This document shows, piece by piece, positions 46,528 through 57,100 of a DNA stretch of 64,000 nt. This DNA is from Myxococcota bacterium (GTDB lineage Bacteria > Myxococcota > Kuafuiibacteriia > Kuafuiibacteriales > Kuafuiibacteriaceae). A model generated the notes under the pieces. The model worked only from the letters and a program-made list of their open reading frames with translations, searched no databases and was not told the DNA's origin. The stretch spans positions 19,040 through 83,039 of the forward strand of contig JAYZDF010000029.1 in NCBI GenBank assembly GCA_036337945.1. Direction: 5' to 3'. Every line of letters begins with the position of its first letter. The stretch's first letter is position 1. Both the position numbers and the translations under genes were made by a program.

Positions 46528-47505
46528 CTATACGAAAGATTCAGATTCAACGTTCAAAAGATCATTGGGAGGGGTATTGCCCGTCAACACCAGGACGATA
46601 TTTCCCGCAGCAGGTTCATCTTCTCCCTCAGAGCTCTCATCTGGTTCTTCAATCTCAATTTTTATAACCTTGGTTCTCGCCATTTCCAAAATAGCAATAA
46701 ACGTCAAGACGATCATCTGCCGTGTTTTGACGTCTTTGAGCAGGTCCCAAAAGGTGAAGCGATTACCGTGTTTTTTACCGTAGGTAATCGCATGCAGGAC
46801 ACGGTCTGAAACCGTACCAGGGTCTGCATCTACCGAGTGCTGAAGCTCAGGCTCTAAGCGACTCAGGATTTCAGCCATTGTGTCTACAAGTTTGAATATA
46901 TTCCCACTACGTAAGCCAGGGTCAAAATCCTCGTCGGTGCTGAGAAGCTCGGGAGTCCGAGCAAACACGTCACGGTTTAGCTGGTCTAAGTCGGCCAAGT
47001 CATCCGCCGCATCGCGATATTTTTGATATTCCAAAAGGCGCCTAACCAAATCGGCGCGGGGGTCACCCTGCTCTTCTTCTGTCTCTTCAACGGGAACACC
47101 TTCTTCTGGCGGAAGAAGCATCTTGGATTTGATATGAGCAAGTTCCGCCGCCATCACTAAAAACTCCGCCGCTACATCAATCGGAAGCGAGCTCAAATTT
47201 TCGATCATCTCGATATACTTTTCAGTGATGAAGGCGATTGGAATATCAAGAATTTCAATCTCGTGTTTCCGGATGAGAAACAGAAGCAAGTCGAGAGGTC
47301 CTGCGAAATCAGTCAATTCAACTTGAAATATTTCGTGGGTTGAAGCCTCTGCCAGTGTGTAGGCTTTCGGGATTCTAACCGGCGAACGTAGCTTGTCACC
47401 AAGGACCCGTTCGATCTCGCTGGCTTCCTCTTCGGGGCCCTTGTCTGCATCAGCAGCAGACTCGGGCGGCTCAGGAAGCTCTGAATTTTCTGTAGGTGAA
47501 TTCAC
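46528..47505 (-). CDS. scpA: segregation and condensation protein A
   Basis: ScpA pattern (VELTDFAGPLDLLLFLIRKHEIEILDIPIAFITEKYIEMI). It is adjacent to scpB. Confidence 0.8.
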   Translation of the reverse strand: MNSPTENSELPEPPESAADADKGPEEEASEIERVLGDKLRSPVRIPKAYTLAEASTHEIFQVELTDFAGPLDLLLFLIRKHEIEILDIPIAFITEKYIEMIENLSSLPIDVAAEFLVMAAELAHIKSKMLLPPEEGVPVEETEEEQGDPRADLVRRLLEYQKYRDAADDLADLDQLNRDVFARTPELLSTDEDFDPGLRSGNIFKLVDTMAEILSRLEPELQHSVDADPGTVSDRVLHAITYGKKHGNRFTFWDLLKDVKTRQMIVLTFIAILEMARTKVIKIEIEEPDESSEGEDEPAAGNIVLVLTGNTPPNDLLNVESESFV

Positions 47506-47559
47506 GAACTCGCCAGACGAACCATATGCAGGGAACTAAGGCAAGTGAGCAGTGCGTCC

Positions 47560-48204
47560 CTAGCCAAAAAGGCTGCGCATGCTGCTGAAAATGAATCCGA
47601 TGAGGAGTGAGGAAGGCTTTGAAATTATGGTTCCTCCCAGCATGATCACGACCAAAAACGCCATGGGACCCGCTTTTTGAATGGAATCCAGAATACCGTC
47701 ACCCCTCGGACCCATGACCCAAGCGAAAACTTTGGAGCCATCCAATGGTGGAACAGGAATGAGATTGAAGAAGAACAAGATCACATTTAACTGCACCATT
47801 TGCAATAAAAGCATATAAAACGGTGAGTTACTGCTCAAAGGTAACGCGAAGAATAGTGCTCCAGAAATGAAGGCCATGATGAAGTTCGCCAAGGGCCCCG
47901 CAAAAGCGATAATCGCCTCTCCGGCGCGAAGGGTGTATTTTCGAGTCAGTCTACTTGGAATATAAGGGACTGGCTTCCCCCAGCCAAAGACGCCTCCACC
48001 GACGAGGCTAAAAAAAATAGGCAAGGCAATGGTGCCCATAGGGTCGGCGTGAGCCAGAGGGTTGAGCGTCAGGCGACCTTCCCTAGCCGCGTGATCATCT
48101 CCCAATTTGTAGGCAGCGAGAGCATGTGCATATTCATGGACAGCGACTGACAAGAGTAGTGTGATCACAGTCAGGGCAATCCTTAGTATTGTATTCGATT
48201 CCAT
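47560..48204 (-). CDS. site-2 protease family (M50) membrane metalloprotease
   Basis: HExxH in a TM helix (VAVHEYAHALAA) and a second motif region with polytopic hydrophobic segments. Confidence 0.65.
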   Translation of the reverse strand: MESNTILRIALTVITLLLSVAVHEYAHALAAYKLGDDHAAREGRLTLNPLAHADPMGTIALPIFFSLVGGGVFGWGKPVPYIPSRLTRKYTLRAGEAIIAFAGPLANFIMAFISGALFFALPLSSNSPFYMLLLQMVQLNVILFFFNLIPVPPLDGSKVFAWVMGPRGDGILDSIQKAGPMAFLVVIMLGGTIISKPSSLLIGFIFSSMRSLFG

Positions 48205-48311
48205 CAGTATCCCTATGAACGCGTTGAAGCATTGATCTGCTTCTTAGCTCCCATTCGGCGCCTTTACCCGCCAATTGTCAACCGAGCAAAAGAGCTTGTT
48301 GGAACGAACGG

Positions 48312-49931
48312 ATGCCACCGTCTCGTTCCTATGGTATTCCGCAGCATATGGCGGAAAACCGGCTGACCTCACCTGCTAAACCATTGAACTTGGCGTATTC
48401 ATTCCTTCACAAGCATATTGACGAGGGTCGATCCGATAAAACCGCCCTTTACGTCGACTACCCTGATGGCGCGACAGTCGCGATGACCTATGGGGAGCTG
48501 TCGAAGTATTCCGCCCAGATAGGTCACGAACTGCGAGCTCGAGGAATCGGGCTTGAGGACAGAGTCTTCATTATCCTAGATGATAACGAAGATTGGGCCG
48601 CGAGCTTCTTCGGCGCACTGGGAGTTGGCGCCACATGTATGTTCCTCAATACCAAAGTAACATCTGAAGAAATTGGTTTTTACCTCGAGGATAGTCGCGC
48701 AAAAGCGGTCATCACAAATGCAGCGGTTGCTGAGCGAATGCCGTCCAACTCCGGTCGCTTGAAAACAACGCTCATCATCGACAACGACGAAACCAAAGCC
48801 GCCATACGGCAACACTCGGATGAACCTGCTCTCGAAGCGACAACCGAAGAAGACTTTGCCATTTGGCTCTATTCGAGCGGTTCAACCGGCGCGCCAAAGG
48901 CGGCGGTTCATCGTGCCCGGGACTTCATCTATAACACCGAACGTTACGCCAAAGAGATTCTGGAGATGAAGGAATCGGATGTTACGCTTTCGGTGCCCAA
49001 GTTATTTTTTGGATACGCCACCGGAAGCAACCTAATGTTTCCATTTTATTTTGGAGGCTCAGCTATCCTATTCCCTGACCGCCCTACACCACCTCGGCTC
49101 TTCGACTTGATTGAAAAATATAAAGCAACGGTCTTGATCAATGTCCCTACAATGATTGCACAAATGGCTAATCTTTATGAGCAAGAGGACTTCAACGTTT
49201 CATCCTTGCGCTGCGTCACATCGGCCGGCGAAGCACTTCCGCCAGAACTTTATGAACGATGGATGAAAGGACCCGGAGTCGAAATTCTGGATGGTATCGG
49301 TAGCGCCGAAATGTTCCACGTTTTTATCAGTGCTCGTTTTGGAGAGGTTAAAAAAGGTAGCCTCGGTACTATAGTTCCAGGGTATGAAGCGAAAATCATG
49401 AACAGTGATGGACGAGAGTGCGAACCCGGCGAAGTTGGAACCTTGTGGATTGGAGGCGGAAGTTCAGCAGCCTTCTACTGGCAAAGAGCAGAAAAATCGA
49501 GAGATGTGCTTCAAGGCTACTGGGTAATCACGGGCGACCAGTTTGAGAAGGATCAAGACGGATACTACTTCTACCGAGGCAGGGCCGATGACCTCATGAA
49601 GATTGGTGGACGATGGCTCGCACCCCAAGAAATTGAGGATGCGCTCACTCGCCACGATGCCGTAGCAGAGGCAGGTGCCTCAAGCTACAAACACGAAGGC
49701 CTCCTCAAGCCTATGGCTTTCGTCATTCTTCGCGAAGGACACGAAGCCAGCGAAGACCTCGCCAAAACACTTTCAGACCATGTCGCCGCAACAACGAAGC
49801 CGTACAAAGCACCCCGTTTTATCGAATTCATCGCGGAATTACCAAGAGGTGACCGAGATAAACTCGACCGAAAAGCGCTCAAGACCAACGCCGCTGTCGC
49901 CGCGCAAGCGCGTGGTTTGGTCACGGAGTAA
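48312..49931 (+). CDS. AMP-dependent synthetase/ligase (aryl/benzoate-CoA-ligase-like)
   Basis: AMP-binding motif (WLYSSGSTGAPKAAVH), A5-A8 motifs (GYGATG-like FFGYATGSN; YRGRADDLMKIGGRWLAPQEIE) and an A10 Lys near the C-terminus. Confidence 0.8.
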   Translation: MPPSRSYGIPQHMAENRLTSPAKPLNLAYSFLHKHIDEGRSDKTALYVDYPDGATVAMTYGELSKYSAQIGHELRARGIGLEDRVFIILDDNEDWAASFFGALGVGATCMFLNTKVTSEEIGFYLEDSRAKAVITNAAVAERMPSNSGRLKTTLIIDNDETKAAIRQHSDEPALEATTEEDFAIWLYSSGSTGAPKAAVHRARDFIYNTERYAKEILEMKESDVTLSVPKLFFGYATGSNLMFPFYFGGSAILFPDRPTPPRLFDLIEKYKATVLINVPTMIAQMANLYEQEDFNVSSLRCVTSAGEALPPELYERWMKGPGVEILDGIGSAEMFHVFISARFGEVKKGSLGTIVPGYEAKIMNSDGRECEPGEVGTLWIGGGSSAAFYWQRAEKSRDVLQGYWVITGDQFEKDQDGYYFYRGRADDLMKIGGRWLAPQEIEDALTRHDAVAEAGASSYKHEGLLKPMAFVILREGHEASEDLAKTLSDHVAATTKPYKAPRFIEFIAELPRGDRDKLDRKALKTNAAVAAQARGLVTE

Positions 49932-49933
49932 TT

Positions 49934-50695
49934 ATGAAACTCGCTGAACTCAATTTTACTCAAACGAAAGCTGTTCTTGAGGAAGGCGCAATCGCCCTTT
50001 GGCCGACAGGCTCCACAGAAGCGCACGGGCCGCACTTGCCGCTAAATACAGATGTGATCATTGCGGAGGAGACCTGTCATCGAAGCGTAGAAAAGCTCAA
50101 GTCAGAAACCGGCTATAACGTGCTAATTTTACCGCCTCTTGCCTTCACCGTGACCGATTTTGCGGGGCCATTTTCCGGGACACTTTCTATGCCAAGAGCG
50201 TCGACGGTCAATTATGTACGGGACGTGTTGCTCGCTACCGCCGGACAAGGTTTCAAGGCGGTTTGTATGGTCAACGCCCACCTTGAACCAGCCCACCGCT
50301 TCGCTTTACGCGATGCGGTAAAACAGGCAGAAGCTGAGGCCGCCTGTCCTCTCGGACTGGCGGATCCCGCAGACGCACGCTTCGCCCAAACGCTAACAGC
50401 TGAATTCGCCTCAGGAAGCTGCCACGCAGGACAGTACGAAACCTCACTGATTATGGCGGCTCGACCCGACCTGGTAGCTGAAGATGTGCGCCGAAAGCTC
50501 GCTGATAACCCCGTCGAACTCATTACGGAAATCAAAGCTGGCGCAACCAATTTTCTCGAAGCCGGAGCCGTCGACGCCTACTGCGGCTTCCCGAAAGAAG
50601 CGACCGTCGAAGAAGGAAATACAAGCTACGAGCGTCTTGCGGAAATCGTCACACAAGTCATCAAAGAACTACTTGACCAAAAACCAGTAAAATAA
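49934..50695 (+). CDS. creatininase-family (creatinine amidohydrolase/MftE/ArfB-like) protein
   Basis: Creatininase-fold signature (ALWPTGSTEAHGPHLPLNTDVIIAEE ... VNAHLEP). It starts 2 nt after the ligase stop. Confidence 0.7.
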   Translation: MKLAELNFTQTKAVLEEGAIALWPTGSTEAHGPHLPLNTDVIIAEETCHRSVEKLKSETGYNVLILPPLAFTVTDFAGPFSGTLSMPRASTVNYVRDVLLATAGQGFKAVCMVNAHLEPAHRFALRDAVKQAEAEAACPLGLADPADARFAQTLTAEFASGSCHAGQYETSLIMAARPDLVAEDVRRKLADNPVELITEIKAGATNFLEAGAVDAYCGFPKEATVEEGNTSYERLAEIVTQVIKELLDQKPVK

Positions 50696-50707
50696 TGGAG
50701 TCCAGGC

Positions 50708-51670
50708 ATGAGCATTGAAGAAGCCGTCAAACAACAACTTAGTGAAACCGTAAAAGGCACAGACTTTGAAAAGTTAGGCGAGAAATACCAAGGTAAAGTT
50801 AGAGACGTTTACCAAACAGAGGATCAACTCATCATCGTCACGACCGATCGCGTAAGCGCATTCGATCACGTGCTGGGAACAATTCCTTTCAAGGGACAAA
50901 TTCTCAACGCAATCGCCGCACATGGCTTCGAACAAACAAAAGACATTGCCCAAAACCACGTCGTATCGATTCCAGATCCCAACGTTCTTATCGCGAAGAA
51001 GGCCAAGCCTTACGCGGTCGAATTCATTATCCGAGGGTACATTACTGGCTCACTTTGGCGCGATTACCAATCCGGGAAAGCCGACGCTTACGGTATCGAT
51101 TTCGGTGCCGGTCTTAAGAAAGACCAAGCATTTGCTTCTCCCATTATGACGCCGTCGACTAAGGCGGAACTAGGCATGCACGATGAACCGATCTCCAAAG
51201 CAGCCATCGTCGAACGCGGCTTGATGACTCAAGAACAACTGGACGAAGCAGAAGATATTGCTTTGAAGCTGTACGCACGCGGCGTTGAGCTGGCTGCGAA
51301 ACAAGGTCTTATTCTCGTCGACACGAAGTATGAGATGGGGCTGGATGCCGATGGAAAATTGACCGTCATCGACGAAATTCACACACCCGACTCATCTCGG
51401 TTCTGGATCGCTGACCAATACGAGAGCCGATTTGCCGCCGGCGAATCTCAGGCTATGCTCGACAAAGAAAACCTGCGGCAGTGGCTCATCGAGACCCACG
51501 GTTTCTCTGGCGACGGGACTCCACCCGCCTTAGATGACGCAATCCGAACAGAACTTGCTTGTAAATACGCTGACTTATACCAGCGCTTGACCGGAACGGA
51601 ATTTAGCCCTACCCTTGGAGACCCATCGGAGCGTATGCGCGCCAATCTCGCGAAAGCAAATCTTCTCTAG
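50708..51670 (+). CDS. purC: phosphoribosylaminoimidazole-succinocarboxamide synthase (long form)
   Basis: SAICAR synthetase motifs (YQGKVRDVY; IIVTTDRVSAFD; LVDTKYEMG). Confidence 0.9.
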   Translation: MSIEEAVKQQLSETVKGTDFEKLGEKYQGKVRDVYQTEDQLIIVTTDRVSAFDHVLGTIPFKGQILNAIAAHGFEQTKDIAQNHVVSIPDPNVLIAKKAKPYAVEFIIRGYITGSLWRDYQSGKADAYGIDFGAGLKKDQAFASPIMTPSTKAELGMHDEPISKAAIVERGLMTQEQLDEAEDIALKLYARGVELAAKQGLILVDTKYEMGLDADGKLTVIDEIHTPDSSRFWIADQYESRFAAGESQAMLDKENLRQWLIETHGFSGDGTPPALDDAIRTELACKYADLYQRLTGTEFSPTLGDPSERMRANLAKANLL

Positions 51671-51676
51671 TTTCGA

Positions 51677-52060
51677 TTGACACTGAACACAGTTTCAGTA
51701 TACGGTTCATACATGGCGGTTCGAAGTGTTGCCAGCTTCCCCTTTAAGTACGAGCCACCGTTCCCTTGGCGCGGTCCGCGCCCAATTGTTGAGGCGACTC
51801 GTTTCGACCGAATGACCACGGTCACAATTGGGCGTAGGACTATCGCCGTCGACGCCGGCAATTGGCTCGTTCAGTCGGATGATGGCGAACTTACCACCCT
51901 CAGTGATTCCGTTTTTCGTCGTTGGTATCAGCCCGTCAGTAGTGAAGGAAAAAGAGCACTGAATCCCAATGACCCCTTCCCGAAAGGTCCGCGGCGCAAA
52001 CGACGAAAGCGTCCAAAACACGATCGGCCATCCAGCGCTCAACGGACCTTGAAGCTTTAA
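51677..52060 (+). CDS. hypothetical protein with basic C-terminus
   Basis: A 127 aa ORF that probably starts at internal Met13. No domain recognised. Confidence 0.3.
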   Translation: MTLNTVSVYGSYMAVRSVASFPFKYEPPFPWRGPRPIVEATRFDRMTTVTIGRRTIAVDAGNWLVQSDDGELTTLSDSVFRRWYQPVSSEGKRALNPNDPFPKGPRRKRRKRPKHDRPSSAQRTLKL

Positions 52061-52091
52061 TATCGAAGCCTAAGTATGTTACAGCCTCGTT

Positions 52092-52790
52092 ATGTGCGGA
52101 CGATACGTAATTCATAGCGCACCCGAACAAGTAAGAAACGTCTTCGGTGTATCTGAGGCACCTCGGGTGAACGCCAATTACAATGTATCGGTCGGTCAAA
52201 GCTCTGCAATCGTGAGGCGCACTGCCGCTGGGTCGCGGGAAATCGCATACATGCGCTGGGGCCTCATTCCGCATTGGTCCAAAGACTCTCGAATCGCGTT
52301 TCAATGCTTCAACGCCCGAAGCGAAACGGTCGACCAAAAACCGGCCTTCCGTGACGCTTTTGAAAATAGTCGATGCCTCGTAATCAGCAACGGCTTCTAC
52401 GAATGGGAAAAGACGAGTAAAAACGAAAAGACGCCCTACTTCTTTCATTTCAAAGACCAAAGATTATTCGCATATGCCGGCCTTTGGTCGAAAAACTTAC
52501 AACTCGCCGCACCGATTGAAACCTTCAGTGTAGTCACCACCGAAGCCAACGAGCTACTCACTCGCTTCCATCCCCGAATGCCGGTCATCTTGAGAGAGGA
52601 GGACTTCGGCCTTTGGCTCGACCCAAAGATCAAAAACCGAGAAGCTCTAGAGCATTTGTTCAAGCCCTATATCTCTGAGGAGATGGCCGTCCATCAAGTC
52701 CACCCGCGAGTGAACTCAGTTAAGAACCAAGGCCCCGACTTGATGCAAGCCTATGAGCCTCCGCCACCGGTGCAAGGCAGTTTGTTTTAG
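52092..52790 (+). CDS. SOS-response-associated peptidase (SRAP/YedK family) abasic-site processing protein
   Basis: N-terminal catalytic MCGRY, then the SRAP pattern (RYNVSVGQ...RWGLIPHW...AFQCFNARSET...SFRDAFE..RCLVISNGFYEW). Confidence 0.85.
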   Translation: MCGRYVIHSAPEQVRNVFGVSEAPRVNANYNVSVGQSSAIVRRTAAGSREIAYMRWGLIPHWSKDSRIAFQCFNARSETVDQKPAFRDAFENSRCLVISNGFYEWEKTSKNEKTPYFFHFKDQRLFAYAGLWSKNLQLAAPIETFSVVTTEANELLTRFHPRMPVILREEDFGLWLDPKIKNREALEHLFKPYISEEMAVHQVHPRVNSVKNQGPDLMQAYEPPPPVQGSLF

Positions 52791-52807
52791 GAGCAGAGAC
52801 GTGATTG

Positions 52808-54124
52808 CTACTCAGCAGTTGCCAAAGCGCGGTCAATAATCTCATCGACGTTAGACAAGTGACGTCGGATATCAAAACATTGGTCCAGCTCTTCTTCGGT
52901 CACGTGCTGCATGAGTTCTTCGTCAGCAGCCAAGGCTTCTTTGAAAGAGATGCCTTCTTTCCAAACACGCATCGCGTTTCGCTGCACGATGACATACGCC
53001 GCCTGGCGTTCCATACCGCGTTCCGCGAGCACCAAGAGTAAGGGCTGAGAGAATACCAAGCCTTTCATCTTGTCGATGTTCTTCTGCATATTCTCAGGAT
53101 ACACGTTGAGACCCTCGACTAGCTTACGAACCCGGCGAAGCATAAAGACCGCCGTAATCGTTGAGTCCGGACCAATCACGCGCTCGACGGAGGAATGCGA
53201 AATATCGCGTTCGTGCCAAAGCGCGACGTTCTCCATAGACGCGTCGGCCCAAGAGCGCATCAAGCGCGCTAAGCCCGTGAGGTTTTCGCTCAAAATTGGA
53301 TTCCGTTTGTGCGGCATCGCGCTTGAGCCTTTTTGACCCTTACGAAACGGCTCCTCGGCTTCGTAGACTTCCGTCCGCTGCAAATGCCGAATCTCGACGG
53401 CGAAACGTTCAATCGCCGCGCCCAAAAGTGCGAGGCTCGAGAAGAGTTGTGCGTGGCGGTCTCGAGGAACGACTTGGGTAGCCACTGGCTCAACTTTGAG
53501 GCCCATATCTTCCAAGGCTGCCGCCTCAATTTTAGGTGCTAAGTGCGCTGAAGTGCCGACTGCACCGGACAGCTTCCCGTATCGGATTTCTTCCAGGGCC
53601 GTGGCGATTCGTTTCTTGCTACGACCGAGCTCTGCATACCAAGAAGCCATGAACAGACCGAAGGTGATAGGTTCCGCGTGAATCCCATGGGTCCGGCCCA
53701 TCATCGGCGTATGTCGATGTTCTTCGACGCGAACTTTTGCGGCCTCCATCAAAATGTCGACCTCTTTGAGAATAAGTTCTGTGGCTTCGACCAAGAGTAA
53801 CGCGAAGGACGTATCCAAAACGTCAGACGAAGTCAGACCGTAGTGAATATGACGGGAGGCAGGTCCAGCTACTTCTTCGAACGCTGTCAAAAAAGCGATC
53901 ACATCGTGGTGCGTGACTTTTTCGATTTCCAAAGCGCGATCGGCTAAACTTTGGAAGTCACAGCCTTCGGCTGCTTTTTCCAAAATAGCCAAGTCATCTT
54001 TAGGAATAAGGCCTTCAGCCTCAGTTGCGCGTGCGCACGCCATTTCAACCTTCAGCCAGGTACGCATACGGTGCGCATCTTGCCAGAGCGCACCAATGTC
54101 TTCGGGAGTATATCTAGGAATCAT
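52808..54124 (-). CDS. purB: adenylosuccinate lyase
   Basis: PurB pattern (MIPRYTPEDIGALW; HYGLTSSDVLDT; fumarate-lyase signature GSSAMPHKRNP). Confidence 0.9.
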   Translation of the reverse strand: MIPRYTPEDIGALWQDAHRMRTWLKVEMACARATEAEGLIPKDDLAILEKAAEGCDFQSLADRALEIEKVTHHDVIAFLTAFEEVAGPASRHIHYGLTSSDVLDTSFALLLVEATELILKEVDILMEAAKVRVEEHRHTPMMGRTHGIHAEPITFGLFMASWYAELGRSKKRIATALEEIRYGKLSGAVGTSAHLAPKIEAAALEDMGLKVEPVATQVVPRDRHAQLFSSLALLGAAIERFAVEIRHLQRTEVYEAEEPFRKGQKGSSAMPHKRNPILSENLTGLARLMRSWADASMENVALWHERDISHSSVERVIGPDSTITAVFMLRRVRKLVEGLNVYPENMQKNIDKMKGLVFSQPLLLVLAERGMERQAAYVIVQRNAMRVWKEGISFKEALAADEELMQHVTEEELDQCFDIRRHLSNVDEIIDRALATAE

Positions 54125-54129
54125 TTTGT

Positions 54130-57100
54130 TTACTTCGGATTAGCACAGCAGCGGAAGCCAAGCATCTCGCTACTATATTTCTTCTTTTTCTTTTTTCGAG
54201 CTGCACAGCGACTATCGTATCCCGGGCGGTCAGCCGCCCCACCCTTGACGACCATACCACTACCCCAGGAAGTAGAGGTCCATTCAGCCACATTTCCGGC
54301 CATATCAAGAACACCGTATCCTGAACGACAAGCCTTAAAACTTCCGCTCTTTTGAACGGTTCTGTCGTTTCCTTCCTCATCTTCGGTAGCGCATGAGTCA
54401 GAACTCCAAGCGTTACCGTAAGGGTAGCGAATATTTCTTGGGCCAGAGCATGCTTTTTCCCATTCTTCTTCGGTGCACAAACGTTTCCCTCGACGTTTAC
54501 AGCTTCGCTCTGCTCGAGCGTAAGAAACGCGTGTTGTGGGCGTTCGCTTTTTGCCGTTTGGATATTCGTAATAGTCAACGCAGAACGCGGCGACATCTAC
54601 TTGCTTGACGCCAAGGTCACCAAAGTTTCGCTCCGGATCATTGGCAGCTGAACCCTGACGGAATCTGCCCGCTTTAACCAAAACCATACCTCTAGGACAC
54701 TCAGGGTCTTTATTTGCCGCCGCAATCGCAGCAGCTTTCTTGGCTTCTTCACGCTTTGCCCGTTCAGCCGCTCTTCGTTCTTCAGCTCTCTGACGTGCTT
54801 CTTCGTTGGCACGACGACGTTCTTCAGCTCGCTCTTTGGCCCGTTCCGTCCGCTCTCGCTGTTTCTCTGCGCGCTCTTCACGCAAAGCGGCTCGGCGTTC
54901 CTCTTGCAACCGTCTTTCCTCTGCTAGGCGTTCGGCAGCTTTTCGCTCACGTTCGCGGTTAGACTCGGCTCGTCGTCGCGCTTCTTCTTGCTTCGCTCGA
55001 TTTTCAGCTTCAGTTTTTTCCCGCTCTCTGGCTGCAATTTCTGCACGTGCCGCCTCGTCAGCCTCGCGTTGCTTTTCCTCTTTGAGTTTGCGAGCAGCGA
55101 CCGCCGCCGCTTCATCTCGAGCCCGGGATTCTGCCGCAGCAGCAGCCTTCGCTTCTTCCTCCGCTTTTCGCTTACGATCGGCTTCAGCAGCCGCAGCCTT
55201 TTGGGCTTCAAGCTCTGCTGCCGCCGCTTTTTCCGCGGCCTCTTGAGCCTTACGTGCTTTTATGTCTTCATCCTCAACGGATTTTCGCGCAACCGTTTCC
55301 TTTTTAGAGATCTGCTCGATCGTATTTGTCAGAGCGTCTATTTGCTTTTGATTTTGTTGCCATTGCAAAAAGAATATCAGGGCGAATAAGGCCAAAAAGC
55401 CACCAGCAATCACTATCAACGCGTTATTCTTTTGGGGTTGCTGAACCGGTGGTGGCGCAAACGACGGGGCAGGAATCGAACCGCTGGAGTTCGTATTTTC
55501 AAAGCCCATCGTCGGATTACGAATGGCGCTCATTCGGGGGCGCGTCGCCGGTCTAGCCTTTGGTTTACGCACTGGAGACGACATCCGCGGCCCTCCTTGG
55601 GGCTGAGGAGGAGGTGGTACTGCAGAAGGACGAGTTCTAGGTTTAGTCGTTGGTTTATCAGACATTACTTCGTCACGCTTTTCTAATAGTTCAGGCGGCA
55701 TTTTCTCCGCTTCTGTCGGCCCCTCTGCCGGTCGCAACCGCTGCCTGCTCACCAGAGGGTTGTTGGGTTTTTCATCGCCAGTACTGTCTTCGCTGCCGGT
55801 TTCAATCACGTCATTAGGAAGACCGCTCGACCAGGCCTCGGTCGCTTCATCTTCGTCGTCTTGTTCATATTCGCTAGGTTCGACTAATGCATCATTAGCT
55901 TTGGACGTCTCGGGAGCTTCTTCTTCGTCGTCAATAATCTGCGGCGTGCCTGCTTGCTCTTCTTCGATATCTGCAAGTGACAAGACATTAGTGGCCTTAG
56001 GGTCCGCAATCAGTTCGATTTCAGACTCATTGAGTTCTTCAGGCTCTTCAACACTGTTTGCTGCTTCATTCGTTGATAGATCTGAAGAATCCTCCCCTTC
56101 CGCTAACGGAGGAATTTCTAAGCTACTCGCAACCACTTCCGCGCTCACGCTGCCCGTTGATGAGTCTTCAATCATTGCGTCATCAATGGACTCAAAACGC
56201 CCGGTGCCCGGTTCAGGTTCACCCTTCTTCGCAATAGGAGTATTGGATGCAAGCACTGCAGAGCTTCCGGGGGGCGGAGGCGGTTTTGGTTTAGGTGTAG
56301 TGCTCGCACCAGTTGGCACGCTGGAAGCCCCTCCACTTTCAACCACTTCCCGGAATGCGTTGTACATAGCACCGGCTGATTTGTAGCGGTCTTTTGGCGT
56401 ACGAGCGATACAACGCTTAATGACCCTAGTTATATTTGCGTCGACACCATTGGAATTCAGACCATCCGACTTTCCATCTTCATAAACCTGACCAGTCAAC
56501 ATTTCCCAAACAATGACACCCAGGCTATACAGGTCGACGCGTTTATTTAAATCTCGCACTTCGAGACGTACTTCCGGTGCGTAGTAATTGAAATTTACCT
56601 TCCGAGCTTTTTGAATGGCTAAGAATGGTTTACGTGGTAACGCTTTCAAAACTCCAAAGTCCGTGATCTTCAGTAATTCGGGAAGAACAATGACATTGTC
56701 TGGTTTTAGGTTACCGTGAAATGTGAAGCGGTGAGCGTAGTCGAGCGCTTGGCAGAGTTGATTGAGGAGCGGTTCTACCTCTTCCACTGTGAAAAGTTGC
56801 TCTTTTGAGCGTCTCAGATCGATGATTTTTCGTAGCGGCAAACCATCGAGATATTGCATACTCGCAAAAACGCGATCACCGTCATGGCCTTCATCAAAAA
56901 TCCGAACGATATTTTGGTGGCTAAGTTTTCGAGCTGTTTTTATCTCTTTGCTAAAAAGCTTTTTTTCATCTGCGGTTTGGACGAGTTTTGCGTTGATAAC
57001 TTTGACCGCAACTTCGACATCAATCTCTTGATCGTGCGCTCGGTAAACAACACCTGCGCCTCCTGAACCGAGAATATCTTGAACTTCGTATCGGCCACCG

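Noticed and set aside
54597-55389. Several sizeable ORFs on the + strand (e.g. 54806-55246, 54988-55389) and alternative frames opposite the STK gene
   Set aside because: They lie antisense to, or out of frame with, the GC-skewed, highly repetitive E/R/A/K coiled-coil coding region of the 1051-aa kinase. Their Ala/Ser/Arg-only compositions are the artefact of that repeat. This is not a CRISPR array or tandem DNA repeat with spacers.
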